Positions 26,400 to 40,330 of a stretch of 64,000 nucleotides of DNA are shown here, piece by piece. Source of the stretch: Monocercomonoides exilis PA203 (taxonomy: Eukaryota > Protista > Preaxostyla). Position 1 is the first letter of the stretch, and every line of letters starts with the position of its first letter. Below the pieces are notes generated by a model. It ran no database searches and was not told the origin of the DNA. It saw nothing but the letters and a program-made list of their open reading frames with translations. The position numbers and the translations under genes are program-made. The stretch is taken from NCBI GenBank assembly GCA_001643675.2, contig LSRY02000022.1, forward strand, positions 1 to 64,000, read 5' to 3'.

Positions 26400-27620
26400 T
26401 GAAATCGATAAATATGAAATAATAACATTCAATTTTCAAGTGTTTCATCTGATTTGCCAACCATCCTTTCCATAAGTCATTTATCCATAAAATGCATCGA
26501 TTTCTGGTTCTTCTCTAAAATGTGAAATTCATGCTTTCTGTCCAAATTCCACCTTCATCACAGAAAAATATTCTGTTTTTCGTCTGAAAATATCATCTCC
26601 AATTCCCTTCCCAATCCCTTCATACTGTGCTCTTTTCGTATGAATTTGCTGGCTCAACTCGATGGTCAGCCAAAACAATGAGCTATCCAGATTTTATTCA
26701 TTTTCATTCTTTTCCACCTCCTGCCCTGAAAACAACACAAAAACAGTCAATAGGTTAATATTCATATAAATAAAATAAATAAATACCAAACTGCGCTTCG
26801 ACTGTATTTTGCCAAGCAGCCTCATTTCCACAGCCATCATCATTCAAAAATTCAATCTCTTTATTTCAGTCTCAGAATGGTTGAATACAGCATGGAATGC
26901 ATCTCCACAAAACACATCGTGTATCTCACTGGAGGGTCTTCTCAGCCCGTGCGCATTGTGATTGATGTGCAGAGGTGTTTTTTCTGTTTTTGTCATGATC
27001 ATCTCCTTTAATAATATTCTCAACGATACAAAACAGTATTTGATGTTTATCTCACCAACACCCTGCACATGTGGGATATGGGGCAGAGAAGAGATAGAAG
27101 AATATTTTTTGTGGCAGGGGGTGGGAGTTGAGTGGTTTTTTGAATGTTAATATTTCGAGAGGGATTTTTGAATAAACAAAATTTGGAGACAAAGGGGTGG
27201 GGAAGAGCAAGTGGAGATTTTGAGAAGATAATATAGTAAATATGTAGAGAAGTGGTTGGGGATGGTGAGGAAGATGTATATTGTTGATGGGAGAAATGGA
27301 ATTTGAAAAGAAAGAAAAGAGGTCAAAAGCGGGACAGAGAAGAGGACAATTGTGAAATATTCGATTAGAAGAGGGGTATTTTTTTGAGAGGAGAAGAATA
27401 TTTTGGAAGAGACGGGGAAAGATGAAGAAAAGGAGGGGATTGATATTTTCTAATGATTTTTGGGGTTGAATGGAAGAGGGGAATAGAAAGGAATGGAAAT
27501 CGAGAAAAATCAACATTTTATATTTTTTGAGGGGAATGGAGAGGAAATCGCAAAAAGAAAGTGAATAGACTTCGAAGAAATCAAGTTTTATTGATTTCCA
27601 CAATCTATTCGTCACATATT
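26400..27620. pseudogene. Juxtaposed degenerate gene fragments (minus strand 26.4-27.06 kb, plus strand 27.06-27.6 kb)
   Basis: Coding-like composition with many stops and an abrupt skew switch near 27060. Confidence 0.3.
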
Positions 27621-27649
27621 TTGTGATTGAGTTTTTCAAACCAATGTGA

Positions 27650-30600
27650 AGTTTATACAGCAAGCGAGACGTTTAGGCCTACCAACGACTTCACGCAAAT
27701 TATTCTCAACTTCATAAATGTCGTTCAACTGTTTTCGCATTTCTCAACTGCATCTTCTTCTTCGTCGTCTTCTGATAATCCTCCTCCTCCTCCTTCTTCT
27801 TCTTCAACCTCGTCATCAAAAATAGCAACAGTCAAATTCTTCGAGAAAGAAAAAATTGAAAACTAATCATCTTCATCTTCCTCTTCATCCGAACAGTTAG
27901 AAGTGAATTCATCACAAGAAAGAGTTGAAAAAGCAGAAATGGACGAAGTCATCGAAGACTTCAAAAGAAAACATACGCCGCGTCTGCCACTTCCTGTGAT
28001 CCTTCCGCCACAAGAAGCAACTCTTCAAAATTCATTTTATGCCCCTAGATGACAAAGGCAAAAGAAAAAATAATCAAAATTCTTCATAAACATCTTTGAC
28101 TCATTCAATTGCTGGAATATGTATAGGAACAGGAGCATCTCCTTCTTCATTGCCAAATGAATCTTTTCTTTCTCTTCCTCAATCATCTCCTTCACCCTCT
28201 CCTTCATCTTCCTCTTCCTCATCTTCTCCAGCAGTAACTGACCTCTCTCTCCATCCCAAACCACCTCATCGTTCTGAGATTGCCATGGCTCGCCGCATAA
28301 GAGCTATGCATCCTCTCCTCCACAGACGCTATCTCAACCGCTGTGCACAAGTGGATGCTGCTTCTGGTGCTTCACATTCTTCTTCTTCTTCCTCCTCCTC
28401 CTCCTCTTCTTCTTCTTCCTCGTTGCTTCGCTCTTCTAGAAACAGATTTCTGACAGGCGAAGAGCAGCATATGAAAAGGATGAGGCAGCAGTTCGGAAGA
28501 AGAAGGATAAGACAATATTTTGTCCTCCCTCCCGATGTGTTTGAGGCGCTGCCGCTGTTTGCAGGGTTTCGGATGGTGGAGCGGTATGCGGAGAATCTGG
28601 AGAAGAGGAAGAGAGAAAGAGAGAGAGCGAAGGAAAGAGAGAGAGAAGCAAGGAACGAGAGAAGAGAGGAGAGAAGGATCAGAGAACTGATTAAGATGAG
28701 GAAGGCATTGAAATCCACAAATGATAAAGATAACAATGATAAAGAAAATGATAATAAAGCAAAAGCAGAAGAAAACGAGAGTTTCTCATTAATTAGAAGC
28801 GATTTTCTGAAGGAATCGAAGAAAAAGGAAGAAGCTGAATGCCTTTCTGACATCTCCATCGTCAGTGATGAAAAAGAGCAAAGAGATAACACACAAACAG
28901 AGAGAGAAACAGAGGCTGATGCGAAGGTATTACCAGGCGCTTGAGCTTCAACGAGATTCTGTTGTGAATGAGGTGCTTTTGATGGTAAGAGCAAACCTGC
29001 TGCTTTCTCCTGCGCCGATTGACGATCGAAAAAAAGACCAGGAATTAATGTGAGTGCTTCAAAAATGAGGGGGATGGCGAAAAAGACGAGAAAGAAGAGA
29101 AAGAAGAGAAAACTTTTTTGAATGAAAATGGAAACAAGGAAGAAGTTGAATGAGATGAAGATGATGGAAAAGATGAAAATCAAAAAGTGATTTTGGAGGA
29201 TTCAATGAACAACCCCAATGCGGTGTTTGAAAAGCAAAGATTATCAAACGGAAGCAGAAAAGAATACAAACGCAAAAGAGTCTGTTCAAAACAACAAAAA
29301 AGGCAAAACGAATAATAATGATCCAAAACCAGAGTCAATTTCATCGCAATCACAACAAAAACAAAAGCAACAGGACATAACAACAGTTAACTCTCCAACA
29401 CCATCACCTTCTCCACAGCAAAAGCAATATACTTCAGGAAGAGGAGCCTTTGGAACGATACACTTTACGCGAGGGAAGCGAATGAACTGCGGATGGAGAG
29501 GGGTTAGTGGGAGGTGTTGATCGTATACAGCTAAGAGATGGAGATGATGAGAGGAGCTGTTGGTGCACCTACAACTCCGCTGTCACCTGTTGTTGTTGGA
29601 GGAGGAGTGGTGACATTGGGCGTGATGGGGATGAAGAATTTCAACAGAGAAGTGACAAGGGCGATGCAAGACAAAGTTTCAGAACGACAAAGGGAAAGTT
29701 GACGATGAAGAAGCAAAGATCATGTTCAGTTCATTGGAATCTGATGATCAGAAAGATAAACTGCTTCGGCTGATGAAACAACAGGAAATACAGAAAAAGA
29801 GGAATGAGAAAGATGAGCGGGAGTGCAGGAAAATGGAGAAAGAAGAAAAAGACAAAAATCTGTTAAGCAGCATCCAAGGAATATTATAAAAACATCTTGA
29901 GACAGGCACACAGATCAACCAGAAAGAGAACAAAATGGCCAGCGAGGCGCAACAAAAGGCGAAAGAAAGCCAAACGCCAATTTTGACAAGAGAGCGGAAA
30001 TTGAACTGCATGCTGAATGACCTCGCCAATTCTGACCTGGAAGATTTGAGCGATGAATTGGACGTGCCTTGCCGTTATGTGCGTATCAAAAGCGAGGAAA
30101 ATGGGTAATTTGTGTGGAAGATGCGGAAAATGCCCGTGTATGCAGCAGTCGACGCGAGGCAAACAAGAATGCGGTTGGATCTGATGAGTGCACTGAAGAG
30201 CGGGCAGAGGCAGAGCCTGGCGGAGTTGAGAAGAGGAAGGGAGGATAAAGTGCAGGGGCTGGTGGCCGTGCAAAGAGGAAGCAGAGATGATACACAGAAA
30301 GGGAAATAAAGGAGCAAGGAAAGGATCGCCTCTGCTGTTTCAGAAGGAGAAAGGGATAAGAACATTCAGTCAGAGCAGTGTGCCTGGGAGAAGAGATGAG
30401 CTATCGTTCTCAAAGTTGGCGTCTTTCTTCACTTCTCAGTATTTAATGGCGATAGATCTGATGCAGAAATACCCTGCACTCAATTTGGTTGCGCCTTTTG
30501 ATTCAGCTGCTGATTTAACTTCAAATACAAACATTGATCTTCATCCTCTTTCTCATTGCACTTCTTCGCTTGTCAATTCGTTCGTGTTTATGAACACCCA

Positions 30601-30870
30601 ACAGTAATCTTCTCTTCACTAAGAACATCTTTATCTACTTCCCTTTTATCTCAAGCTGTTAATCCATCTGCTACTTATTCTCCTTCTCCAGGCTCACTTT
30701 CTCCACTCTTTCTTCCTGCTCTATCTTCATCTCCTTCTTTTTTATTCAACTCCCCTCGAATTCGATATCGTTTCTCATCTTTCATTTCTGTTCATAATCG
30801 AAAAGTGAATCTTCATTCAATCACTGAATATCATCTTAAGTTTATGGAGATAGAAGAAATTCAATGTTGA
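27650..30870 (+). pseudogene. Degenerate large low-complexity hypothetical gene
   Basis: ORF 28096-28944 and downstream GA-rich frames interrupted by stops and frameshifts. Confidence 0.4.
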
Positions 30871-31832
30871 TCCGAGAATAGTGGACCACCTTGCGGGCGA
30901 TTAAAAGCAGAGATAGATTTAACTATTTGAATTTGGAAGCTGAAGGATGCACCAAAAATTGAAAGAGCGAGTGGAAAAGATTTCTTTGAACAAACAGTTG
31001 CAGTGATGGTTTTTGAGAGATTTCACAATGCTGTTTGCATCCAATCAGTCCAGGAATATGAAATGGGAGAGGAAATATTAAAGAAATATAAGTTTTTGAG
31101 TGGATGTCAAGGGTTTATAAAAGCAAGTGATAATATATTCTTCAAATGAAAAGCAATGTTAGTTTATGAATATTTATATGACATGGAAAATGTTAAAAAT
31201 TGGAAAATGAAAGAATTAATATGAGAATCAGATAAAGTCCATTATTTCCTGTGATTTTGGTGTCAACCGTGCTGAAAGTGAGTGTTTGAACGGGAACAAA
31301 TGTTGAGCTGAGGAGTGTGAGGGAGACGTCGTGGAGGAGGGAAATGAAGCCGTTGAGGGCATACTCGATGGTGGCTCATGGGGTCTGTTGAGGTCTGCCA
31401 CAGACATCAGCATCAGTTCCGCTGTCAGAAACGATTTTGTTTTGGGCGATGAGGGGGAGCCAGCTGTTAAACTTCGCTTTATCCAATGGTTCGCGATTTC
31501 GTTAAACGGTTGATGAAGCAATTGAACCGAATAAAAGGAACAATTATTTGTTGACAATACAAAGGGATGAATAAAAATGAAAAATAACTATTATTGTTCA
31601 ATTTATTTCGATAATTTTGCTTTCTTATCTTCTTTTCTGTTCTTCTTTACAAACTTTTTCTTTTCAATGTTGCATTTTGCCAATTATGAATTTACAATTT
31701 TGAAGTTTTATTTATTAATTTTAGGTTCATTTTCATTTTACTTGATCAAAAAAACCTTTTTCATCAGAAACATTAAAAAGGAATGATTTTTCTATAAATA
31801 AATAAATATATAACAGCTTAAAATGCAAAATG

Positions 31833-31875
<43 letters not shown>

Positions 31876-31984
31876 TTTTTTAATTGATCAATAAATATTA
31901 CAATAGAATTTATTTTTTTCTATTTTTGATCTTTTTTTCTGATTTCAAAAAAAAACACCCATATGGTTTTTTGAAATAATAATG

Positions 31985-32237
31985 GTGTGTGCAAAAACCC
32001 GCACACTTGACATTTTCTTTCAAAATACTCATCCACTTTCATATATTTGATTGCGTTTAGCATTTTAATGCAACCAGTGACTATTTTTCATTCGAAATAC
32101 TAAAAATTGGATAAAAAATAGTCACTGATTGCATTAAAATGCTAAACGCTATCAAATATATGAAAGTGGATGAGTATTTCGAAAGAAAATTTCAAGTGTG
32201 CTGGTTTTTGTACAAGTGTGGGTTTTGCACCCAACTA
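31985..32237. mobile_element. MITE/foldback element with about 100-bp inverted arms
   Basis: ...ATACTCATCCACTTTCATATATTTGATTGCGTTTAGCATTTTAATGCAACCAGTGACTATTTTT is mirrored at about 32113-32212. Confidence 0.85.
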
Positions 32238-32239
32238 TA

Positions 32240-32487
32240 ATATCATAACTCATTTTCTTCAACCTTGTGACAATTGCATTTTAAAAAGGGAAAAAATCAT
32301 TTTTTTAAACCAGCTTTATTTTTCACATGCATTTTCATTGCATTCTTGTATGTTTTTCTTGACTCAAGTTCTTATGGATGCTGTTACTGCAACAATTCAT
32401 TATTCGACAATCAGAAATGCTTTTTTGAAAACATGTGTTTGGCCAATAACAGCAATTGAAGTTTTTTCTCAAGTTTCTGAATCTTAA
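32240..32487 (+). pseudogene. DDE_1 transposase C-terminal remnant
   Basis: THFLQPCD and DAVTATIHYSTIRNAFLKTCVWPI match the 62398-63198 ORF (THFLQPCD; DAVAAAITFSTVKASFVKTGVWPI). Confidence 0.75.
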
Positions 32488-32511
32488 AAACAAATCTCAG
32501 ATAAGGCTAAT

Positions 32512-32760
32512 ATTTTTTTTTTTTTGAAAACTTTCTTTTGTTTAATTTTTAAATAAAACTTAAACTTCATGCTTTCATCTGATTTCTGTTCCCGTGCATT
32601 TAACTACACTAAAACTGAAATAATTACATTGTTAAAGTGTTGTTTCCAAATTTGCAAAGTTACGTGAGTGGGTACAGAAAATCGAAAAAAACATGAAATA
32701 TTTGTTTTATTTGAAAATTTAACAAAAGGAAGTTTTTAAAAAAAAAAAAAAAAAAAAAAA
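32512..32760. repeat. Older imperfect inverted repeat (foldback) with poly-T / poly-A ends
   Basis: AAAACTTTCTTTTGTTTAATTTTTAAATAAAAC pairs imperfectly with GTTTTATTTGAAAATTTAACAAAAGGAAGTTTT. Confidence 0.7.
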
Positions 32761-33278
32761 ACGGATTAAAAGACGAATTAAGATAAAAATAAGCTCACAG
32801 TATTACAATCATGTTGCCAAATTGAGTCTGAGGGCTAACAAAGAGTGCTTAATGTCTTATGCAACTGTGCTGCACAAATAAAGAAGCAACTGGAAGATTC
32901 AATAGAATGAAAGAATAATGATAATGAAAAATTGAACGTGATGAAAAAAGTGAAAGTGGCAATTGTGAATAAAGAAGATTCAATTTCTGATATGAAAAAA
33001 TCAGAATAAAGAAGAATCCTGGATATTGTTCAAAATGATAAAGAGACATTTGTAGAAGAAGAATTAAAAGAATCATGCACCAAAAACAAATGAAAAATTG
33101 AACGTTTTATAGCCTCAAGAGCGAGACACGTCGGCATGATGACAAGATGCATATCTCCAATTATCACTCAAAAAGAAAAGGAAGCTCATGTTAATCACTT
33201 CTTTAAAGAGAAAATACAAGAAGATAAAGATAAGAAATAAAATGAAAAGCTATTCATTATTAATTCAATTAGCTATTA

Positions 33279-34262
33279 GGGTTATACTTTAACCTCTGAC
33301 CCTTTTTTTACCCCCACCCTTTTTTTGTTAAGCTGGCTACGGCTTAATACAAGCCTGTGGCCAACAGAAAATAATTAGAAATGTTTATTTAAATATATTT
33401 AACTTATACAGAAAAAATTTTTTAACGAAAATTTTTTAACTTTGAGATCTCGGTATTTTTTAATTTTATTTTTTGATCATAAAATTGATGGTCTTTCCAT
33501 GAATATAACATTCTGGAAGTTTTAAGCTACATCAACATTACACCTCATATCCTTTTTATTGTTTTTATAACTTTTCACATTTCACAAGTTTCTTTATAAC
33601 TTGTTTTCTCATTTCATCGACTTTTCGAAAAAATGAAAATTTTTAAAGAATAATGAATTTTTGTAAAAAATATTAAGATTATTCTTAATATATGTTTGAA
33701 TGTTAATTATGTTGATATATAAAAATGTTTCACAAATTAGAATTTATATAGAAAAATGAAAAACATCAATATCGGTAGTTTTGATTTTTTTAACAAGTAA
33801 CAATTTTTCAGCAAAAATTTGTGTAAATGTGCAATAATATAATGAGTTTAAAATGAGAATCTGCTTAATATTTTTTACAAAAATTCATTATTCTTTAAAA
33901 ATTTTCATTTTTTCGAAAAGTCGATGAAATGAGAAAACAAGTTATAAAGAAACTTGTGAAATGTGAAAAGTTATAAAAACAATAAAAAGGATATGAGGTG
34001 TAATGTTGATGTAGCTTAAAACTTCCAGAATGTTATATTCATGGAAAGACCATCAATTTTATGATCAAAAAATAAAATTAAAAAATACCGAGATCTCAAA
34101 GTTAAAAAATTTTCGTTAAAAAATTTTTTCTGTATAAGTTAAATATATTTAAATAAACATTTCTAATTATTTTCTGTTGGCCACAGGCTTGTATTAAGCC
34201 GTAGCCAGCTTAACAAAAAAAGGGTGGGGGTAAAAAAAGGGTCAGAGATTAAAGTGTAACCC
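33279..34262. mobile_element. Non-autonomous foldback transposon/MITE with about 399-bp near-perfect TIRs and TA target duplication
   Basis: Arm 33279-33677 is the reverse complement of 33864-34262, with mismatches seen only near the tips. TA flanks both sides. No ORF. Confidence 0.95.
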
Positions 34263-34596
34263 TATTTTATATTTTATATTATTTTTTTTTTTGTTGTTTT
34301 GTTCAATTTTTTTGTTGCATGAAAAAAAAATATCTTTAAATAAATATTCAATTGTTTGTTGGATTGCGAAATGTTGAAAAAATAGAAAAAGAAAAAATTA
34401 GAGTTACAAAACGAAATGAAATTCATTTTCTCGAACATTTTCATCAAAAGCTGATAATTTTTCTGTCAATCCAATAAAAATTATCAATCAAAAAAATAGC
34501 TCCAAACAGGAGTTTGTTTGCTAAGGAAATGATACAAAAAGAAAAAATGAAAAGAATTGAAATTTCGATTCGTAATGCATAAGGAATTTCATTTTC

Positions 34597-36050
34597 TTAA
34601 GGATTTACAAAATAATCAGAAATATTCAACGATAATTCATTGTAACATTTTTCGTTAAGAAATGAAACTGCATCATGAAAGCCAGCTATTACATCTTCAT
34701 ATCCTTCTTCTTCCATCATTTCAAATATCTTTCTTTTCATTTCTTTTCTTTCCTTCTCTTCCTTTTCATCCTCCTCCTCTTTCAGTCTTTCTGAAATATT
34801 GTTAAACAAAGACAAACTTACCACTATTATAAAATCAACCAAAGTTGATTGCTTCATTTCCTCCAAATAGAGACCAATAGCTCCACTTTTCAAAAAGTCA
34901 TCAATTTTCACTGCTTTGTTTTTCTCTGCTTTTCCTAACGAATTAAGGCATTCCAATTGAATTCTAAAGTAATTATCTCTTGATGCTCGAAACACCTGAA
35001 CAATGCTGCAGAGAAGTCCAACAAGTTCTCCATTCCATGATCTGCATGAGTTTAAGTAACTATCAATAACATTAAGCCATCTCCAGATAACAAGCGCTTC
35101 CTTCTCTTCACTTTCTCCTTTTCCCTCTTCTTTTCTCTTCCAATCCACACTCTTTGACAACTCTTCCACTTCTCTTCTTGCCTCTCTTATAAAATGCAGC
35201 TCATCTGCAATAACGATTTCAGTTGAGAAATCACTGCAAAGTCTGTGCACCAGAAATGTCCAAACAGACTGATAAGCAAGTTGAGTCAGGTTGTGATGAT
35301 CCTGATGATGTAGGATAATTTCTTTGATCTCGTTCAAATATATTTCTCCCGGCTGTTTCAAATGAAAAAATTGAAAGAAAAATCAATGGCTTCAAAAATG
35401 AAATAGAAATGCTCATACAATGTATCCAACATTGCTCAATGTGAGCAAAATCATCTCCACTTCTTTTTGAGTTTCCTCATCTTCCTCTTTCTTCAACGCA
35501 ACTTTCAGAAGGCAAGGAACACATATTGGATACAGATCCGAACAAAACCGACTGTCAAGCAAAAGATAACATTCAATAAGGTCAATTAAAAGCTTTTCGT
35601 TCTTTCCTTCTTTTTTCTGTTCTTCATCAACAATCATCTCCTCGAATCTTCTGTATAATGAAGATTCTGAAAAGCCTATTTTCCAAATATTTTTCAAAGT
35701 TTTGCAATATCCAACAGGTTTCAACAATGAGCATGCATTTTCCATCGTCAGTTTCTCTTCTTCAATCGTTTTATTTATGTTGTCGAACAGTTCTTTTGTG
35801 AAAACAATTCAAATTCTTCTTTATTCATTATACCAATCAATCTGTTCATTTCTTCGATTTTCTCTTTTTGTTCTGAAACGCTGCAGCTTTTCAATTCATC
35901 AAACAATTCTAAATAAACAAATTTCACCCATATGATAAAAGCCATTGAGCCTTCAAAAAAAACTGTTAAAATGAACAAACTTGAAAACTTTTCCTTTGGG
36001 GCCATCTCTCGATTTCTGTCTTCGGTTCCACCATCAATGAATTCTTCCAT
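34597..36050 (-). CDS. Hypothetical helical-repeat protein of an expanded lineage-specific family; multi-exon, possibly disrupted
   Basis: Colinear ORFs 35775-36050, 35413-35745 and 34597-35361 (ELFDEL..EQKEKIEEMN; CVPCLLKVALKKEE; LTQLAYQSVW; EEEGYED). Confidence 0.65.
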
Positions 36051-37534
36051 TTTGCTTATTTAAAGTTCATTTCATTTGCAACGAATATACCCAATAATTA
36101 AGCAAAATCAAATAAATATCAAACATCGATGATGATCCAACAAATCGAGAAGGTTACAGTCACTATCCAAATTGTTTTGCTTTATAAAAAAAGATTTGGA
36201 AACGATTTCTACGAAAGCAGCCTGATTTGGCTGAGTGAGGCAAGAAATGGCAGTTTTTTGTTTCCTGTTGATCAAACCAACAAATATTCATCAAAAGCAA
36301 ATGGAGAATTGCCATTCGATTCATGATGCTTCGTGAAATTGGTTTCTTCCCCTTTTGGAACAGAATTTATTCACGATATAGAAATGGAACTTGATGGGAG
36401 AGGACAACTGCAATCAAGCAAAAGGATTGAGAAGAAGAGTTTCATGACTTTTTTGAGTTCCTGACTATTTTGTCGAAAGCCAAAGAACAGCTAATGTTTG
36501 CATTCTCGAAGGGCCTCGTTGGCTGTTTTATTATGCAGTTTCTGATTTCATCCAAAAGGATTCAAGTGATTGCTGAAGACAAAAGAAGTGAAAAATGCTA
36601 AAATCGAAATGGATAAAACAAGCAAAAAATCATTAACAATTCATTACAAAAAAACCAAACGAATGGTGGAAGTAAAAGGTTGGATGGTTCAATTGCAAAA
36701 GCATCATGGGCTGTTAAATAATGGATTATTTGAATCAAATCTTTCAAAATTGGTTTCACTGGCCAAGCTGCCTGGCTTTGCGCTTGATAAGAGTTCAACA
36801 ATGCGTTTTGCTCATCCTTTTCTATTCGAATGGCTGAACATTACTGTCAGCAAAATGCATTTGTTTTGGATGAAAAGAGATTGGAAATGGAATTTTTTGG
36901 AGACGACTCTGTTGCCAAGGCAATGAAAAAAATGCATAATTTATTATTCATCTTCTTCAGAGACCAAAAGCATTGGTGTTATGGACATGGAAGGAATTGA
37001 CGACATTTCAGTTTCTGCTCCATCAGAATGAAGACGAATGGCAAACACTTTTGTTTTCTCAACGAAGATGCTCTTGTGGAAATGAGGCGTTCATCAGACA
37101 ATTCAAAAACTCTTCCTTTTTGCTTCAGCAATATTAGCATGATGCAAGAGCATTAAGGAATGAAAGGATCTCTTTTCGGATGTCTCAATTATTCATCATT
37201 TTTGTATCAACATCATTTTCAGATGAAAAGTTCACTTCTTTTTTGCATTTGAGCTGCTTCGTGATGAACACCTTGCAGACATAGAAAGCAACAACATTCA
37301 GAAATTCTTCTTTTTCTTCTTTTTTCTCTATCTCTTCTTCTCCTTCTTCTACGCATTCACCTTCTTCCTCTTCTTCTTCCTCTTCTTCTTTTTCTCATTC
37401 TCCTCCTTTTTATTTAATCATTTTTTCCCCCTTAATTCCCATCTTCCCCGCAGCAATTGAAATAAATTACCCGATTCACAAAAGAGTGAAAAATGTGTGT
37501 TATATCACTTTTATTGTTCTTCAATCACGTCGAA

Positions 37535-37815
37535 ATCATTGTGTTTCAACAATGAATTCACTCTTCATCTTTTTCTTTCTCATCATCATTTCCTTCATCA
37601 ACATCATTCTCACCTTCTTCTCCTTCTTCTTCTCCTTCTTCTTCTCCTTCTCCTTCTTCTTCTCCTTCTTCTTCTCCTTCTCCTTCTTCTTCTTCTTCTG
37701 CTTCTGCTTCTCCATCCATTTCTGTTCCATTGAATAATGCACAGGAAAGAGTACTGTCTGTATTTAATGCTCCTTTTCTTCCTCTTCTTCCTCTTCCTCT
37801 TCTTCCTCTTCTTTC
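37535..37815. repeat. TTC/TCC low-complexity repeat
   Basis: Directly visible. Confidence 0.8.
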
Positions 37816-37879
37816 ATTTTCATCTTTTTGCAAATATATATATATATATAAACCCTATTCCATCTGTTCCCATCGCTCG

Positions 37880-40330
37880 AGAACGGAGAGCTTTCACAGC
37901 TGGTTGATCTTTCTGATCCGAATGTGGATGTTGTGCTTGTGGATCCATTGGAGCTGTTGTATGACGCGAAAGCCTATTTCAAACAGCTTCTTGTGGCAGG
38001 GGTAGCACAGAAGTCGTCTCTTCGCTCAGCGCCTTCGTCTTCTTCGTCTTCTTCAACTGGAGCAGCATGCCGATCAACTTCGCCAACCCGGAGGCTGAGA
38101 AGCGACGAGAAGAAGGCGGCAGGAGATGATCAGTCACCATCTTCATCTTCGTCATGATCACCTGCGATTGACCCTTCGTATGCGTCGGCGGTGGCAGCGT
38201 CAAACACATCGACCGGAGCAATGGATGACATCGAGAGACGGCTGCGGATTGTGGTGCCAGAGGCTGCTGGGGCGAATGGGCGGAACATGCAGCTGTCGCT
38301 GCTGCAGACACTGCGGGGATATGTTGTGGCTCGACGTGCGGTGCTGTATGTGGGTGTTGCATGTGCTCAATGAGAATCTTTCTGCGATGCTTTCAGTTCC
38401 GCTGGTGCCGCAGCTTCCGTAGCTTGCTGCACCAGCAGGCACGAAATCTGGGAGCAAGCAAATCTTTGCGGTAGCAGATGTGAATGCGTTCCCGTCGATC
38501 TACGATCTGTTTGACCCTTCACTGCAGATGTGGCGATCTACGCAGTCGGGGCGTGTGGTGGTGAAGCTGGACGACGAAGTGATGGGGCGAGGGGTTGCAG
38601 TGTGTGAAGTGGGAGAGATTGTGGAGAAGGGGCTGTCGGAGGCGGGGCTGATGATGGAGGATGTTCTGTCACCAGCTGCGATTGCGCTGGCTGTGCTGGA
38701 GGAGCGAGAAGAGGCAGAGGATGGAGAAAGTGGAGGCAAAGAGGGAGAAGAATAGGGAGAAGAAAAGGGAGGGAGAGAGGGAGGTGATGGGAATGAGGAG
38801 AAAGGAGAGTATCTGACAGCGCACAGAGAGTTTGTGGATGGAATCAAAGAGAACCAGGGGAAGCTGGAAGAAGCGATGGCGACACTGGTTGTGGAGGCGC
38901 TTGGGCTGAGTCTGCTGAGATTTGTGAAAGCTGATGCTGAGGTGGGTGCAGACAAGCAGCATTCAGTTGAACCAGAAGTGTTCAGTTCTTCTCCATCCGA
39001 TGGAACCCAACTGGAGAACAGGAGAGCAGAAGAAGAAGAGGCAGATGGGTCTTTGGAGATAACTTCAGATGGTTGTTCAGATGAAGTGAGGAAAGAAGAG
39101 AAACAGGTGAAAATATCGATGAATGGTTTGACAACAAATGAGGAGCAAGATAGAAAGGGCAGCTCGATTTCCTTAGAAAAGAAGAAAAGTCAGATTCTGG
39201 ACACAGAATCTCTGCATTTGATGATTTTGACGGACGGGAGTGCGTATGGGTACAGGTGGTTCTATCTAGAGAGGATGACGGTGACGGGGGAGCTTGTGGA
39301 GCTGTGTGCGGAGCGGGAGCGGATTGTGGGGAAGCCGGTTGTGGAAGGGGTGATACAGCCGAACGGTGCGATGAGCATCACGTTTTAAATGGAGAGGCTA
39401 TTTGGGAGAAGAGAGAAAGAAGAGAAGAGAAGAGAATGGGATGGGAATAAGTGTTTGGCATCGGATTGGGTTTTGTAGCATTTGAACTTAGACAGGCAGG
39501 GAGAGAGGATGGACGAGTTTGCTGCGATAGGGGAGGTTGTGTTGCAGGAAAGTGTGCCGTCGATTACTCTGCGGGATGCGACGTATGCGATCGGGCAAGT
39601 GTGCCACGGGAAAGGAAGGATTGTAGTGTTTAGTGTTTTGTATTGTGTGTTTGTGGATAAGTGGGGGTCTCTGGCAGCGTTGTTGGCGTTCCTGCGAATG
39701 TCGTATTTTCTGCTTTAAAGCATCGAGATAGCGTCTGAGAACTTCCTCCTTACGCACAACGCAGGAACTGCTGCTTTGCATGCGCGCACTCCTTCTTCTG
39801 ATTCAGCTCATTCTGCATCTACTCGGCCTATGGCTTCTTCTAAATCTGCACGTTGGTCTGTCTCTCTCCAATGATGACACGCAGCTTTGTGATTGTGCAG
39901 CCGTTCCACCAGCCAGAGCTGTCACGTGTGCCGCACGTGCAGTTCTTTTCGAACTGCCGGGAGCACAACATCACGTTTGACTGTGAGGGGAAGTGCGGTG
40001 TTCTGTTCCAGCTGGCCGGGCATCTCATTGCGGGGGTTGTGGGATTTGTTGCGTGCGAGCGGTCGGTTGAGCTTGCGGCGCGGACAGCAGCGCGAGCGCT
40101 GGAGACGGTGGCAGTGCAGATGCTGCACTGTGCGTTGGTTTCTGCGCTGAGCTTGGAAGAGAAGAAAAGGATGGAAAAGCGGGTGTATGGAGAGAACGGG
40201 GCTGTGGCAAGAGGGACGGAGCTGGGGAGGCTGGATGGGCTTGGGGGTGGGCTTGTGAAAAGCGCACGAGAGAAAGGAGACTTGGCAAAGGCTGGTCTTT
40301 GCGGCTTGTTACGCATTAGCGCTACAGTTT
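37880..40330 (+). pseudogene. IQCH: IQCH-like (IQ motif containing H, ATP-grasp-like C-terminal region) pseudogene
   Basis: DPNVDVVLV, RLRIVVPEA, TKSGSKQIF..SIYDL, VKLDDEVMGRGVA, QESV..AIGQVC and FFSNCREHNITFD..GVLF occur in IQCH order. Several in-frame TAG/TGA stops and frameshifts. Confidence 0.75.

Noticed and set aside
33276-33281. Telomeric TTAGGG
   Set aside because: A single unit formed by the TA TSD plus the GGG start of the TIR.
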